Below are positions 28,540 to 38,037 of a stretch of DNA of 64,000 nucleotides, one piece after another. The DNA is taken from the NCBI GenBank assembly GCA_039800205.1, contig JBDLRB010000049.1, forward strand, positions 6,464 through 70,463, in the 5' to 3' direction. The notes below the pieces were generated by a model, which saw only the letters and a program-made list of their open reading frames with translations, was not told the DNA's origin and did no database searches. Within the stretch, counting starts at the first letter, position 1, and every line of letters starts with the position of its first letter. This stretch comes from Pseudomonadota bacterium. GTDB lineage: Bacteria; Pseudomonadota; Gammaproteobacteria; Burkholderiales; Burkholderiaceae_E. Position numbers and translations under genes: made by a program.

Positions 28540-28865
28540 AGCGGAACATACCGCCGATCGAAATCGAGCCCGAGCACTGGGTCATCGTGCACGACACATT
28601 GCAAAAATATGTGCCGCAGTATGAGGTGTGGGCCTTTGGCTCCCGCGCGCGCGGCCAGGCCAAAAAATTTTCAGACCTGGATTTGGCGATCATGACGGAC
28701 CGGCCGCTCACGCTGGATGTCAGTGCGGGTCTGCGTGACGAGTTCTCCGAATCCGATCTGCCGTGGAAGGTGGATACCGTCGATTGGGCGTGTACCAGCG
28801 AGTCGTTCAGGGCGATCATCGAACGAGACAAGGTGGTGGTCAAGCGTTCGGGGGCGCTCGCCTGA
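28536..28865 (+). CDS. minimal nucleotidyltransferase (MNT, MntA-like antitoxin)
   Basis: ATGA overlap with the HEPN gene. Contains FGSRARGQAKKFSDLDLAI (the GSxxxG ... DxD Pol-beta superfamily motif). 109 aa. Confidence 0.85.
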   Translation: MKRNIPPIEIEPEHWVIVHDTLQKYVPQYEVWAFGSRARGQAKKFSDLDLAIMTDRPLTLDVSAGLRDEFSESDLPWKVDTVDWACTSESFRAIIERDKVVVKRSGALA

Positions 28866-28934
28866 CGCGGTGACGACAGACCCTCGGGGGGCGCGGGGCG
28901 CACGGCTTCAGCCCCGTGTCGGTACCCCCGACCG

Positions 28935-28952
28935 TCAGACGTTGAACCGGAA
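28935..28952. repeat. right copy of 18-bp direct repeat (equals ychF last five codons plus stop, reverse strand)
   Basis: The reverse complement TTCCGGTTCAACGTCTGA encodes FRFNV followed by the stop. Confidence 0.9.
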
Positions 28953-30029
28953 GTGCATCACGTCGCCATCCTTGAGGACATAGTCCTTGCCCTCCAGCCG
29001 CATCTTGCCCTTTTCCTTGGCGCCCGTTTCGCCCTTGCACGCGACGTAATCGTCAAACGCGATGGTCTCGGCCCGGATGAAGCCGCGTTCGAAATCCGTA
29101 TGGATCACACCGGCCGCCTGCGGGGCGGTGGCGCCAACGCGAACGGTCCAGGCGCGCACTTCTTTCTCGCCCGCCGTGAAATAGGTCTGCAAGCCAAGCA
29201 GCTTGAAGGCCGCGCGGATCACCCGATTGAGCCCGGGCTCGCTCATGCCCATGTCGTCCAGGAAGACTTGCTTGTCCGCGTCATCCATATCTGCAATTTC
29301 GGCTTCGATCGCCGCGCAGACCGGCACGACGATCGAGCCCTCGCGCGCCGCCAGCGCACGCACGGCCTCAAGGTGTGGATTGTTTTCGAACCCATCATCG
29401 CGCACGTTGGCGACATACATCGCGGGCTTTGCGGTGATCAGGCACAGCGGACGAATGAGGGCCTTTTCCTCTTCATAGAGGTCCAGCGAGCGGACGGGTC
29501 GTGCCTCATTGAGCACGGCCATACACTTCTCAAGCACGGGTACCAGGCGCTGGGCGTCCTTGTCGCCGCCGGCGCGCGCGACCTTGGAATAGCGGACCAG
29601 TGCCTTGTCGACCGTTACGAGATCCGCGAGCGCGAGCTCGGTATTGATGATCTCGATATCCGACAAGGGATCGACCCGACCGCTGACGTGCACTACATTG
29701 CCATCTTCGAAACAACGCACGACATGTGCGATCGCGTCGGTTTCCCGAATATTGGCGAGAAACTGGTTGCCCAGGCCTTCTCCCTTGGACGCGCCCGCAA
29801 CCAGTCCAGCGATATCAACGAATTCAACGGTCGCGGACAATACCTTTTGCGGTTTGACGATATCGGCCAGGGCCTGCAGCCGCGGATCGGGGACCTCGAC
29901 AATGCCGACGTTGGGCTCGATCGTGCAAAAGGGATAGTTCTCGGCCGCAATCCCCGCCTTGGTCAGCGCATTGAACAGAGTGGACTTACCGACGTTGGGC
30001 AGCCCAACGATACCGACCTGGAGGCTCAT
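28935..30029 (-). CDS. ychF: redox-regulated ribosome-binding ATPase YchF
   Basis: Starts [18 protein letters not shown]. Has the C-terminal TGS/YchF domain ending VMHFRFNV. 364 aa. Confidence 0.95.
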   Translation of the reverse strand: MSLQVGIVGLPNVGKSTLFNALTKAGIAAENYPFCTIEPNVGIVEVPDPRLQALADIVKPQKVLSATVEFVDIAGLVAGASKGEGLGNQFLANIRETDAIAHVVRCFEDGNVVHVSGRVDPLSDIEIINTELALADLVTVDKALVRYSKVARAGGDKDAQRLVPVLEKCMAVLNEARPVRSLDLYEEEKALIRPLCLITAKPAMYVANVRDDGFENNPHLEAVRALAAREGSIVVPVCAAIEAEIADMDDADKQVFLDDMGMSEPGLNRVIRAAFKLLGLQTYFTAGEKEVRAWTVRVGATAPQAAGVIHTDFERGFIRAETIAFDDYVACKGETGAKEKGKMRLEGKDYVLKDGDVMHFRFNV

Positions 30030-30131
30030 TTGACGTCCTTGCTGGGAAACGGAGGAGCGTCAACATAGCGGGCCCGGGCGAGCGGGTCAAACGGAGACGC
30101 GTTCCCGGCCGGTGCTGTTAAGCTGTCGACT

Positions 30132-31070
30132 ATGGCTGCGTCGCTGGATGGCAAATTGGTCGTCGCGATTTCTTCGCGCGCGGTGTTTGATTTCGAAGAA
30201 GAAAATCGCGTCTTCGAGGGCGGCGATGCGCAGACCTACATGGCGATCCAGCGCACCCGTCTCGAAGCTCCCGCCCCGCCGGGCGTCGCTCATGCGCTGG
30301 TCAAGAAATTACTGACCTTCGATCCGCCGGACTGTCCGCCGCAGGACCGCCGGGTCGAAGTGGTGGTCCTCTCGCGTAACGATCCGGTCAGCGGGCTGCG
30401 GGTCTTTCGCTCGGCCCGTCACCAGGGGCTGCGGCTCGAACGCGGCGTGTTCACCAGTGGTCGCACGCCCTGGCCGTATCTCAGCCCGCTGAAGGCCAAC
30501 CTGTTTCTGTCTGTCAATACCGACGATGTACGGGCCGCGCTCGCTGCGGGGTTTCCGGCGGCGCGCGTCTACCCCGAGTCCGTCAAGGCTTCGGAGTCGC
30601 ATCCCGAAGAAATCCGGATTGCCTTCGACGGCGATGCGGTGCTTTTTTCCGACGAATCCGAGCGGGTCTTTCAGGCGAACGGCCTGGCCGCATTTCAACG
30701 TCATGAGGCCGATCGGGCCGAACACCCGTTGCCGCCCGGCCCCTTCAAGCCCCTGCTCGAATCCCTCCACCGTCTGCAGGCCCGCGCGAGCGGGCCAGGG
30801 GCCATGCGAATTCGAACCGCCCTGGTCACGGCACGCAGCGCGCCCGCCCACGAGCGGGCGATCCGAACGCTGATGGCCTGGGGCGTGGGCGTGGACGAAG
30901 CGATGTTCCTGGGGGGCTTGGGCAAAGGCCCTTTTCTTGCGCAGTTCGAGCCCGATTTCTTTTTTGATGACCAGACCGGCCATGTGCAATCGGCGGCCCA
31001 ATTCGGGCCGGCGGGTCATGTGCCGGCTGGGGTGGCCAACGAAGTTCCGACCGCGGGTGGCTCGGCGTAA
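30132..31070 (+). CDS. 5'-nucleotidase family protein (cN-IA-like, PF06189-type)
   Basis: N-terminal KLVVAISSRAVFDFEEENRVFE and C-terminal FFFDDQ resemble the bacterial cytosolic 5'-nucleotidase family. Assigned from memory only. Confidence 0.55.
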   Translation: MAASLDGKLVVAISSRAVFDFEEENRVFEGGDAQTYMAIQRTRLEAPAPPGVAHALVKKLLTFDPPDCPPQDRRVEVVVLSRNDPVSGLRVFRSARHQGLRLERGVFTSGRTPWPYLSPLKANLFLSVNTDDVRAALAAGFPAARVYPESVKASESHPEEIRIAFDGDAVLFSDESERVFQANGLAAFQRHEADRAEHPLPPGPFKPLLESLHRLQARASGPGAMRIRTALVTARSAPAHERAIRTLMAWGVGVDEAMFLGGLGKGPFLAQFEPDFFFDDQTGHVQSAAQFGPAGHVPAGVANEVPTAGGSA

Positions 31071-31159
31071 CGCTGTCTGGTTCGCGTCAAGGGCGCGCGA
31101 GTCCGCCAGGCGGTGTGCCCGAGCGGGGACGGCCGATGGTCAGGAGCTCAGGCAGAGCG

Positions 31160-31750
31160 TCAGGCGCCCGTATGCAGTCGATGCATCGCCTGCTCGGTTC
31201 GACCGGCGACCATGTCATCGATGATTGCGATCGATCGGTCGATCGCTTCGTCGATCGCAGCCCGCTCTTCGCGGCTGGGCCGATGCAGTACAAAATCGAT
31301 CACGGCCTGTTCGAGCAACAGCGTACGCGGGTGACCAATGCCCAGCCGTATTCGCCAGAAGCTTGCAGAGCCCAGCCGTGCCTGGATGTCTTTCAGACCG
31401 TTATGGCCGGCCGGGCTGCCGCCCAGCTTGGCCTTGACGGTGCCCGGCATCAGATCCAGCTCATCGTGAACAATCAGAATCGATTCGGGCGGTATGCGAT
31501 AAAAGCCCGCAAGCGCTGCGACGGCCTGACCCGAGCGATTCATGAAGGTTGAGGGCTTCAGCAGCCAGACGGACTCACCGCCGATCAACACGCGGGCGGT
31601 CGCGCCGGAGAATTTGGCTTGCTGAGTGAAGGACGCCGAGCCGCGCGCGGCGAGCCGATCGACGAACCAGAAGCCCGCGTTGTGGCGGGTTTCGTCGTAC
31701 TGAGGCCCGATGTTGCCCAGGCCTGCAATCAGGCGAATCCCGAGGCTCAC
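31160..31750 (-). CDS. pth: peptidyl-tRNA hydrolase
   Basis: Motifs [22 protein letters not shown] and [13 protein letters not shown]. Confidence 0.9.
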   Translation of the reverse strand: MSLGIRLIAGLGNIGPQYDETRHNAGFWFVDRLAARGSASFTQQAKFSGATARVLIGGESVWLLKPSTFMNRSGQAVAALAGFYRIPPESILIVHDELDLMPGTVKAKLGGSPAGHNGLKDIQARLGSASFWRIRLGIGHPRTLLLEQAVIDFVLHRPSREERAAIDEAIDRSIAIIDDMVAGRTEQAMHRLHTGA

Positions 31751-31828
31751 AGTCAGTTCGTCTTTCGGGGTGAGTCAGCGACCTGGGGCTGGGAGCGCCT
31801 GATCACGGCGGCCCCAGCCCGGGGCGGA

Positions 31829-32452
31829 TTACTTCTTGCCGCCTTTTCCACCCTTGGCCGCAGGGGCCGCTGCGGCGGCAGGAGCTTCTTCGGCCGCCTG
31901 GACCGTGACGGTCACCAGTACCGGGTTTTCACGACCCCGCAAGACGGGCGAGACGCCAGCCGGGAATGCGATGTCGCGAATATGCAGGGGCTTGCCGGCT
32001 TCGAGGCTGGACAGGTCGACCGCGATGAAGCTGGGTAGATCCTTGGGCAGGCAGGTGATGTCGATCTCGGTCACCACATGGCTGACCGTACCCCCGGATT
32101 GCTTGACCGCAGGCGAGTTTTCCTGACCGCTGAAATGCAGTGGCACCCGCATGTGAATGGGCTCGTCGGCCGAGACCCGTTGAAAATCGATGTGCATGAC
32201 AAGGGGTTTGTACGGATGCCACTGAACATCACGCAACAAGACCTGCTCGGGCTGGCCATCGAGCTCCATGTCGAGCACGGACGAGTGAAATCCCTCGACG
32301 CGCAGGGCGTGGTAGAGCGGGTTGTGGTCCAGCGAAATCGGGGTCGGCGCCGACTTGCCGCCGTAGATGATTCCGGGGACCTTCTGGTCTCGGCGCAGTC
32401 GGCGGCTCGCACCCGATCCTTGCGCCTGTCTGGTTTGGGCAACGACTTTCAT
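31829..32452 (-). CDS. rplY: 50S ribosomal protein L25 / general stress protein Ctc
   Basis: Starts RRLRRDQKVPGIIYGG. It is the long Ctc form with an Ala/Lys-rich tail. In the conserved prs-rplY-pth order. Confidence 0.9.
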   Translation of the reverse strand: MKVVAQTRQAQGSGASRRLRRDQKVPGIIYGGKSAPTPISLDHNPLYHALRVEGFHSSVLDMELDGQPEQVLLRDVQWHPYKPLVMHIDFQRVSADEPIHMRVPLHFSGQENSPAVKQSGGTVSHVVTEIDITCLPKDLPSFIAVDLSSLEAGKPLHIRDIAFPAGVSPVLRGRENPVLVTVTVQAAEEAPAAAAAPAAKGGKGGKK

Positions 32453-32522
32453 CGCGCACTCCTTTCGTTGAAGGCGTTGTGCCTTCGTGATCCCAGCGTC
32501 CGCGACCAGACAACCGGGCGTT

Positions 32523-32556
32523 GAAAAAGCCCGATCAGTCCGAAGCCTGACGGGCT
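32523..32556 (-). terminator. rho-independent terminator downstream of prs
   Basis: Minus strand reads AGCCCGTCAG gcttcgga CTGA(T)CGGGCT followed by TTTTTC. Lies 16 nt after the prs stop. Confidence 0.55.
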
Positions 32557-32572
32557 GCCTGAATACAGGGAA

Positions 32573-33532
32573 TCAGTCGACGAACAGCGACGACACCGAG
32601 TCGGCGCGATTGATTCGCAGAATGGTTTCCGCAAAGAGCTGCGCGCAGGACAGGACGCGAATCTTGCCGCACGCCGCAGCCGCGGGCGACAGCGGAATGG
32701 TGTCAACGACAATGAGTTCGTCGATGGCCGGCCCGGCGACCCGCTCGACCGCGGAACCCGACAGGACAGGGTGCGTACAGTAGGCGAGTACCCGCCGCGC
32801 GCCCCGATCCTTCAGCGCAGCCGCTGCCTTGACCAGGGTATTGGCCGTATCGACGATGTCGTCCATGATCACGCAGGTTCGACCCGAGACATCGCCGATG
32901 ATGTTCATGACCTCGGCAACATTGGCCTTCGGGCGACGCTTGTCGATGATCGCGAGATCACAGTCGAGACGCTTGGCGAGTGCCCGCGCACGCACCACCC
33001 CACCGACATCGGGCGAGACGACGATCAGGTCGTCGTAGGGCGCCTTGTGCAGATCGGCAAGGAGCAGGGGCGCCGCGTAGATGTTGTCGACCGGGATGTC
33101 GAAGAAGCCCTGGATCTGATCGGCGTGCAAATCCATGGTGAGCACACGATCGACCCCAGCCGTCTGCAGCATATTGGCGACCACCTTGGCGCTGATGGCC
33201 ACGCGTGTGGACCGAACCCGCCGATCCTGACGCGCGTATCCGAAATACGGCAGCGCAGCGGTAATTCGACCCGCCGACGCGCGCTTCAGGGCATCGACCA
33301 TGATCATGACTTCCATCAGGTTGTCATTGGTCGGCGAGCAGGTGGATTGGACGACGAAAACGTCTTTTCCCCGGACGTTTTCGAGAATTTCCACCATGAC
33401 CTCGCCGTCAGAAAACTGGCCGACTGTCGCGCGGCCCAGCGAGATGTGCAGATGGTGGGCGATGTCCGTCGCCAAGCGGGGATTGGCATTGCCCGTGAAG
33501 ACCATCAGGCCTTCCGGCGAAAGCGACTCCAT
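32573..33532 (-). CDS. prs: ribose-phosphate pyrophosphokinase
   Basis: Motifs [24 protein letters not shown] and the PRPP loop [11 protein letters not shown]. Start set at [12 protein letters not shown]. Confidence 0.9.
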   Translation of the reverse strand: MESLSPEGLMVFTGNANPRLATDIAHHLHISLGRATVGQFSDGEVMVEILENVRGKDVFVVQSTCSPTNDNLMEVMIMVDALKRASAGRITAALPYFGYARQDRRVRSTRVAISAKVVANMLQTAGVDRVLTMDLHADQIQGFFDIPVDNIYAAPLLLADLHKAPYDDLIVVSPDVGGVVRARALAKRLDCDLAIIDKRRPKANVAEVMNIIGDVSGRTCVIMDDIVDTANTLVKAAAALKDRGARRVLAYCTHPVLSGSAVERVAGPAIDELIVVDTIPLSPAAAACGKIRVLSCAQLFAETILRINRADSVSSLFVD

Positions 33533-33610
33533 GGATCGACGCGGTCCCGGCAGCATGTCAGCGCTCGCAGCAGTCAGAGTGTGCGCCAAAGAGGCGAAAT
33601 ACGGGTGGTT

Positions 33611-33687
33611 TGGCTGGGGAGGTAGGATTCGAACCCACGCATGCCGGAATCAAAATCCGGTGCCTTGACCAACTTGGCGACTCCCCA
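33611..33687 (-). tRNA. tRNA-Gln (anticodon UUG)
   Basis: The 77-nt reverse complement folds by hand into a cloverleaf. Acceptor UGGGGAG/CUCCCCA. Anticodon stem CCGGA/UCCGG with loop UUUUGAU. T-arm GUGGG-UUCGAAU-CCUAC. CCA is encoded. It starts 12 nt after the ispE stop. Confidence 0.9.
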
Positions 33688-33699
33688 AACGTATCTCGA

Positions 33700-34620
33700 T
33701 CAACCCGACCTGATGCCGTGCCGTGCTGACAAAGCCCATTCCCGAAGCGGGTGCGTCTCGATTGACCGGACCGACCAGACCCGCATCGAACGAGCGGCAG
33801 GCAGCGCCTTGACCCCACGAACAATGCATTCGGCCTGACGATCTTCTTCAACCGGCACAAATACGCAGGACCCCGAGCCTGTCATCCTTGCATGCGAGGC
33901 ATCAAGCCCGGTTGCCTGAGTGACCCTGCACAGCATGCTGAGCGAGGTTTGTACATCGGGCTGCAAGCGAAAAACGACATTCTGGAGATCGTTGCGCCCG
34001 GAAAAGACGCGATCACCTCGTGAAAGACCGAAGATTTTGATGGGTTTCGTATCACGTGTCAATTCGGGGGCCGAGAACACCGCTGCCGTTGCGACCGCCG
34101 TCGCCGGCGCGAGCAGCGCGAATGCGCGTCGGGGTTGCGGGCAATTCTGGAGCCGCTCGCCCACACCGGTCGCGTAGGCGGTCCGCCCGAAAATGAAGAA
34201 CGGGACGTCCGCACCGAGCTCGAGCCCAATCTGCATCAACTCACGGCGCGTGAGCGAGAGCCCCCACAGGCGATTGAGACCCATCAGCACGGTTGCGGCG
34301 TCGCTGCTGCCCCCGCCCAGCCCCCCCCCCATTGGAATCCGCTTGTCGATTCGAATCGTGACACCCAGCCCGCAGCCGCTGCGCTGGGCAAGCAGTCGTG
34401 CGGCCCGAACCGTCAGGTCGTGTTCGACGGGCACGCCTTTCAGGGGGGTCTCGAGCAGGATTGTGCCGTCAGGACCCCGCTCGAGGTCGATCCGATCCGC
34501 CAGGTCGATGAGTTGAAAGACCGTTTCGAGCAAGTGATAACCATCCGGGCGGCGTCCCGTCACATGCAGAAAGAGATTCAGCTTCGCTGGGGCCGGCAGA
34601 TTGCGCAGGGCAGTGATCAT
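33700..34620 (-). CDS. ispE: 4-diphosphocytidyl-2-C-methyl-D-erythritol kinase
   Basis: Motifs PAPAKLNLFLHVTGRRPDGYH and the GHMP motif PMGGGLGGGSSDAA. ATG 34620 is preferred over the TTG at 34668. Confidence 0.85.
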   Translation of the reverse strand: MITALRNLPAPAKLNLFLHVTGRRPDGYHLLETVFQLIDLADRIDLERGPDGTILLETPLKGVPVEHDLTVRAARLLAQRSGCGLGVTIRIDKRIPMGGGLGGGSSDAATVLMGLNRLWGLSLTRRELMQIGLELGADVPFFIFGRTAYATGVGERLQNCPQPRRAFALLAPATAVATAAVFSAPELTRDTKPIKIFGLSRGDRVFSGRNDLQNVVFRLQPDVQTSLSMLCRVTQATGLDASHARMTGSGSCVFVPVEEDRQAECIVRGVKALPAARSMRVWSVRSIETHPLREWALSARHGIRSG

Positions 34621-34664
34621 GGGCGGGCGCTCGGGGCAATGGAAAGGCGGCTTGACCGTGCCGT

Positions 34665-35276
34665 TCAACGAGCCGATTCGATGACCAGTCGCAGGTTGAT
34701 CCGGCGGCTGGCGTCCGGTTCGACGCCAGGGAAATTCAGTTCGAGCATGCGGGGCCGATCAGGCATCCCGCCCGAGCGCCGGACCCGCCAGTCACGCGAC
34801 CGGTCGGCCGGATCCGACGTGGACTGCGGCTGAATGGGAGCGTCGGCGTCATTGGCTCGGTCAATCCGACCGTTCAGCCACCGCGGCAGTGCGCGAACGG
34901 GGATCGGCCAGCCGAACAGCGTTTCCGTCAATTGCTCGTCGCTGGCGGCACGGTGGATGTCGCCGCGCGCATCCTCGAGCTCGGCCCGATCCGGGGCGAC
35001 CCGCGCACGTGCGATCAGTTGCCCCAGAGGGCTCGACAGTTCCAGCAGAATGGTCCCACCCGGCAGGTTCTCAATCCGGAAGCGTCCGTTCGCCTGGCCC
35101 TGGCCGGTGGCGCTTTGCGGATCCGGAAAGCGGGCAGCGAAACGGCCGGTCCAGAGCCGTGCTTCGCGATCAGCCGACGTGGGCAGGGGCGGCGGGCTCG
35201 CGCAGCCGGCCAGCAAAGCGCCGAGGAGCGCGGTGATCAGGAGCAGGAGGCCGATCGACCGCGTGCCTGTGTGCAT
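34665..35276 (-). CDS. lolB: outer membrane lipoprotein LolB
   Basis: Lipobox LLAGC after the signal peptide. 203 aa. In the conserved TPR-lolB-ispE order. Confidence 0.75.
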   Translation of the reverse strand: MHTGTRSIGLLLLITALLGALLAGCASPPPLPTSADREARLWTGRFAARFPDPQSATGQGQANGRFRIENLPGGTILLELSSPLGQLIARARVAPDRAELEDARGDIHRAASDEQLTETLFGWPIPVRALPRWLNGRIDRANDADAPIQPQSTSDPADRSRDWRVRRSGGMPDRPRMLELNFPGVEPDASRRINLRLVIESAR

Positions 35277-35280
35277 GGGT

Positions 35281-37143
35281 TCAGAGTTGGATCTTGAGCC
35301 GGCGAAGGGTCTCGCGCAGGGTCTCGTTGTCCGGATCGAGCGCCTTGCCTTCGCGCAGGATGTTCAGGGCTTCGTCGCGCCGGCCGGCGGCGAGCAGCAC
35401 CTCGCCCAGATGGGCCGCGATCTCGGCTTCGGGCAGGAGCTTGAACGCGCGCTTCAGTTGCTCGATGGCACCCGGCAGGTCGCCCCGCCGAAACAGCACC
35501 CAGCCCAGACTGTCGATGATGTGTCCATCGCCCGGCGACAGACTGACCGCTTTTTCGATCAGCTTCTGCGCCTCGTCCAGGTGGATGCCCCGATCGGCAA
35601 AGGTGTAGCCCAGCGCGTTGTAGGCGTGTGCGTGTTCGGGGCGAAGCTCGATCAGCCGTCGCAGGCTCTTTTCCAGGACGTCGAGACGATCGACTTTCTC
35701 GGCCGCCATCGCATGGTCGTACAGCAAGTCGGCTTCGTCGGGTTGCTGTTTCAGGGCATCGTCGAGCAATCGGAAGGCGTCCTCGTTTCGGCCGGCCCCG
35801 CGCAGGATCTGGGCCTCGACCGCGATCAGGCGATTTCGCTCCTCGCGCTCGGTCACCGGCGCATCGCGAAGTGACCCGCGCGCCTCGTCCACCCGATTCA
35901 GTCGGCCCAGCACGATGGCCCGTCGGATCAGGGCATTGAGTTGCTGTTCGCCTGGGCCCACCTGCCCGTACCAGTCAATTGCCTGTTCAAATTGTTTGGC
36001 CTCCTCGGCCAACTGCCCGAGAAACAGGAGCGCCGGATTCAAGTCGCGCTCGATCTGAGCCGGCAGGTCGATGTACCGGCGCAGGTAGCGCTCGGCGTCC
36101 TCCGGGTGCTTGGTCTGATACGCCAGCTGCGCAAGGGCGAACAGGATCGTGGGACTTTGGGGTTCGATCGCCAGGGCGGCCTCGAACTGCGCGCGCGCCT
36201 CGGCACGCCGATCCGAGAGGGCGAGCAGGCGGGCGAGTTCGAAACGCGCTTCGGTCGAAGCGGGACGGCGCTGCACAAAGGTATCGAGGGCAGCGATCGC
36301 ATCGGGGCGCCGCGCCGCGTCCGCCGCGATCAGCTGCGCTGCCTTGACGACGATCGTGACGTCATCCCCCGCCAGCGCGAGCGCGCGTTCGCTGTAGCGC
36401 AGGGCCCGCTCAGCCTCCGAGGCGGCCCGGGCCAGCGTGGCGAGCGCCAGATTGGCTTCGGGCAGTGCGAGGTCGGGCGCGGCCACACGCTCGAGTAGTT
36501 CAAGTGCCCGGGTGCGATCCTGAACCCGCAGCAGTGCGCGCTGCACCGTTTCGTAGGCCGCGGGCAGCCGCGCCTCGCGGCGGGCCTGCTCAAGTTGCCG
36601 GACGATGCTTTCTTCGGCGGCCTGAAGGTCCCCGGTACTCAGTTGCAGCGCTTGAACGGTCTGGGCGGCCAGCGTCGAACGAGGGTCGAGCTCGAGCCAC
36701 AGTCGCGCGGCGGTGAGCGCGCGCTTCGTGGCCCGTGCGCTCAGCGACAGTTCGGCGGCTCGCCGCGCGAGTCGGGGGTCCCGATATTTCTGAGCGATGG
36801 ACAGGTAGGTGGCCGACGCCGTGCCGACTTCGCCGCGTTGCGCTGCGACCTCGGCCGCCAGCAACTGGAAGATGAGCTGAGGTGTGAGTTCGACGGCGGG
36901 CCCCTCGGCACGGTCCGTCGCGCCGTCCGCGGGCCTCTGGGGTGCGGTCAAGGGGGCCTGAGGCGGCGAGGCCTGGGCTTCTGCACGGCCCGTCGTCAGG
37001 GCCGCAGGGACAGCCAAGGCGAGGGCCAGCGACCACCCGAGCGCGCGAACGCGGGTCGCTGGCCGATGACGCTTGACGGGGTTCGGCGGCGACCCCGCAC
37101 AGAGACCGCGCGGAGCGCCCTTCAGGGAGAGAAGATCATTCAT
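35281..37143 (-). CDS. tetratricopeptide repeat protein (secreted)
   Basis: 620 aa with a signal peptide ending AEAQA. Has many Ala/Leu/Arg-rich TPR-like repeats. This is the conserved neighbour of lolB in Burkholderiales. Confidence 0.7.
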   Translation of the reverse strand: MNDLLSLKGAPRGLCAGSPPNPVKRHRPATRVRALGWSLALALAVPAALTTGRAEAQASPPQAPLTAPQRPADGATDRAEGPAVELTPQLIFQLLAAEVAAQRGEVGTASATYLSIAQKYRDPRLARRAAELSLSARATKRALTAARLWLELDPRSTLAAQTVQALQLSTGDLQAAEESIVRQLEQARREARLPAAYETVQRALLRVQDRTRALELLERVAAPDLALPEANLALATLARAASEAERALRYSERALALAGDDVTIVVKAAQLIAADAARRPDAIAALDTFVQRRPASTEARFELARLLALSDRRAEARAQFEAALAIEPQSPTILFALAQLAYQTKHPEDAERYLRRYIDLPAQIERDLNPALLFLGQLAEEAKQFEQAIDWYGQVGPGEQQLNALIRRAIVLGRLNRVDEARGSLRDAPVTEREERNRLIAVEAQILRGAGRNEDAFRLLDDALKQQPDEADLLYDHAMAAEKVDRLDVLEKSLRRLIELRPEHAHAYNALGYTFADRGIHLDEAQKLIEKAVSLSPGDGHIIDSLGWVLFRRGDLPGAIEQLKRAFKLLPEAEIAAHLGEVLLAAGRRDEALNILREGKALDPDNETLRETLRRLKIQL

Positions 37144-37203
37144 CTGTTGATGGTAGGTTCAATTACACTGCGTCGCAAGCGAAGTTCGGAGCGGTCGGGG
37201 AAT

Positions 37204-38031
37204 ATGCCGGAATTACCGGAAGTTGAAGTGGTCAGGCGGGGCCTCGAGCCCCGGGTCGCCGGCCGTGCGGTCGAGCATGTGACGGTGCGGGAGACGCGCC
37301 TTCGGTGGCCGATCACAGCAGATCTCGCCGTGGTTTTGCCTGGGCTGACGCTCCGTGCGCTTGATCGGCGCGGCAAGTATCTGTTGTTCGATTTCGGCGC
37401 TGGTACGTTGATCGTCCATCTGGGCATGTCGGGGCAACTGCGCTGGCTGGTCGAGCCCGGCCCGGCCCAGCGCCACGACCATGTCGATATTGCGATGAGC
37501 GGGGGCGGGGTGCTTCGCTATACCGATCCCAGGCGCTTCGGCGCGCTGCTCTGGCATCCAGCCGCATGCGGCCGTACCGACCACCATCCCCGACTGGCGG
37601 GCCTGGGCATCGAACCCTTGTCGGATGCCTTCAATGGCGAGCGCCTCTACCGCCTGACCCGCAAACGCTCTGTGACGATCAAGCAGTGGCTGCTGTCGGG
37701 GCGGGCGGTCGTCGGTGTGGGCAATATTTACGCGTCCGAGAGCCTTTTTCGGGCGGCCATCCGGCCGACGACCCGCGCCGGGCGCCTGACCCGTGCGCGT
37801 TGCAACGCGCTGGCGGATGCCATTCGCGAGACCTTGAGCGATGCGATTGCCCGAGGGGGCAGCACCCTGCGCGATTTCGTCGACAGCGCAGGCGAGCAGG
37901 GGTATTTCCAGCTCGATTGTCTGGTGTATGGCCGGGCCGGAGCGCCCTGTCGGCGCTGCGGGACGCCGATTGCCCTGATCCGTCAGCAGCAGCGCGCAAG
38001 CTACTTCTGTCCGGTCTGCCAGGCGCATTGA
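37204..38031 (+). CDS. mutM: formamidopyrimidine-DNA glycosylase
   Basis: N-terminus MPELPEVE. C-terminal zinc finger CRRCGTPI...YFCPVCQ. Only the last 275 codons of the 478-aa ORF are real. Confidence 0.9.
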   Translation: MPELPEVEVVRRGLEPRVAGRAVEHVTVRETRLRWPITADLAVVLPGLTLRALDRRGKYLLFDFGAGTLIVHLGMSGQLRWLVEPGPAQRHDHVDIAMSGGGVLRYTDPRRFGALLWHPAACGRTDHHPRLAGLGIEPLSDAFNGERLYRLTRKRSVTIKQWLLSGRAVVGVGNIYASESLFRAAIRPTTRAGRLTRARCNALADAIRETLSDAIARGGSTLRDFVDSAGEQGYFQLDCLVYGRAGAPCRRCGTPIALIRQQQRASYFCPVCQAH

Positions 38032-38037
38032 ACGCAG

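Larger units (their letters stand above)
27822..28952. mobile_element. putative integrated islet (HEPN/MNT cassette) with target duplication at the ychF 3' end
   Basis: Bracketed by the 18-bp direct repeat. Hand-counted G+C is 45% (27841-27900) and 52.5% (28141-28260), against 69% (27661-27780) in the flank. No integrase or transposase is present. Confidence 0.45.

Noticed and set aside
31786-31820. 8-bp GC stem downstream of rplY, considered as a terminator
   Set aside because: The loop is 19 nt and no U-tract follows on the minus strand. This is not convincing as an intrinsic terminator.
36595-38031. 478-aa ORF suggesting an N-terminally extended MutM
   Set aside because: Fpg requires a processed N-terminal Pro (MPELPEVE), which occurs at ATG 37204. 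The upstream 203 codons are antisense to the TPR gene.
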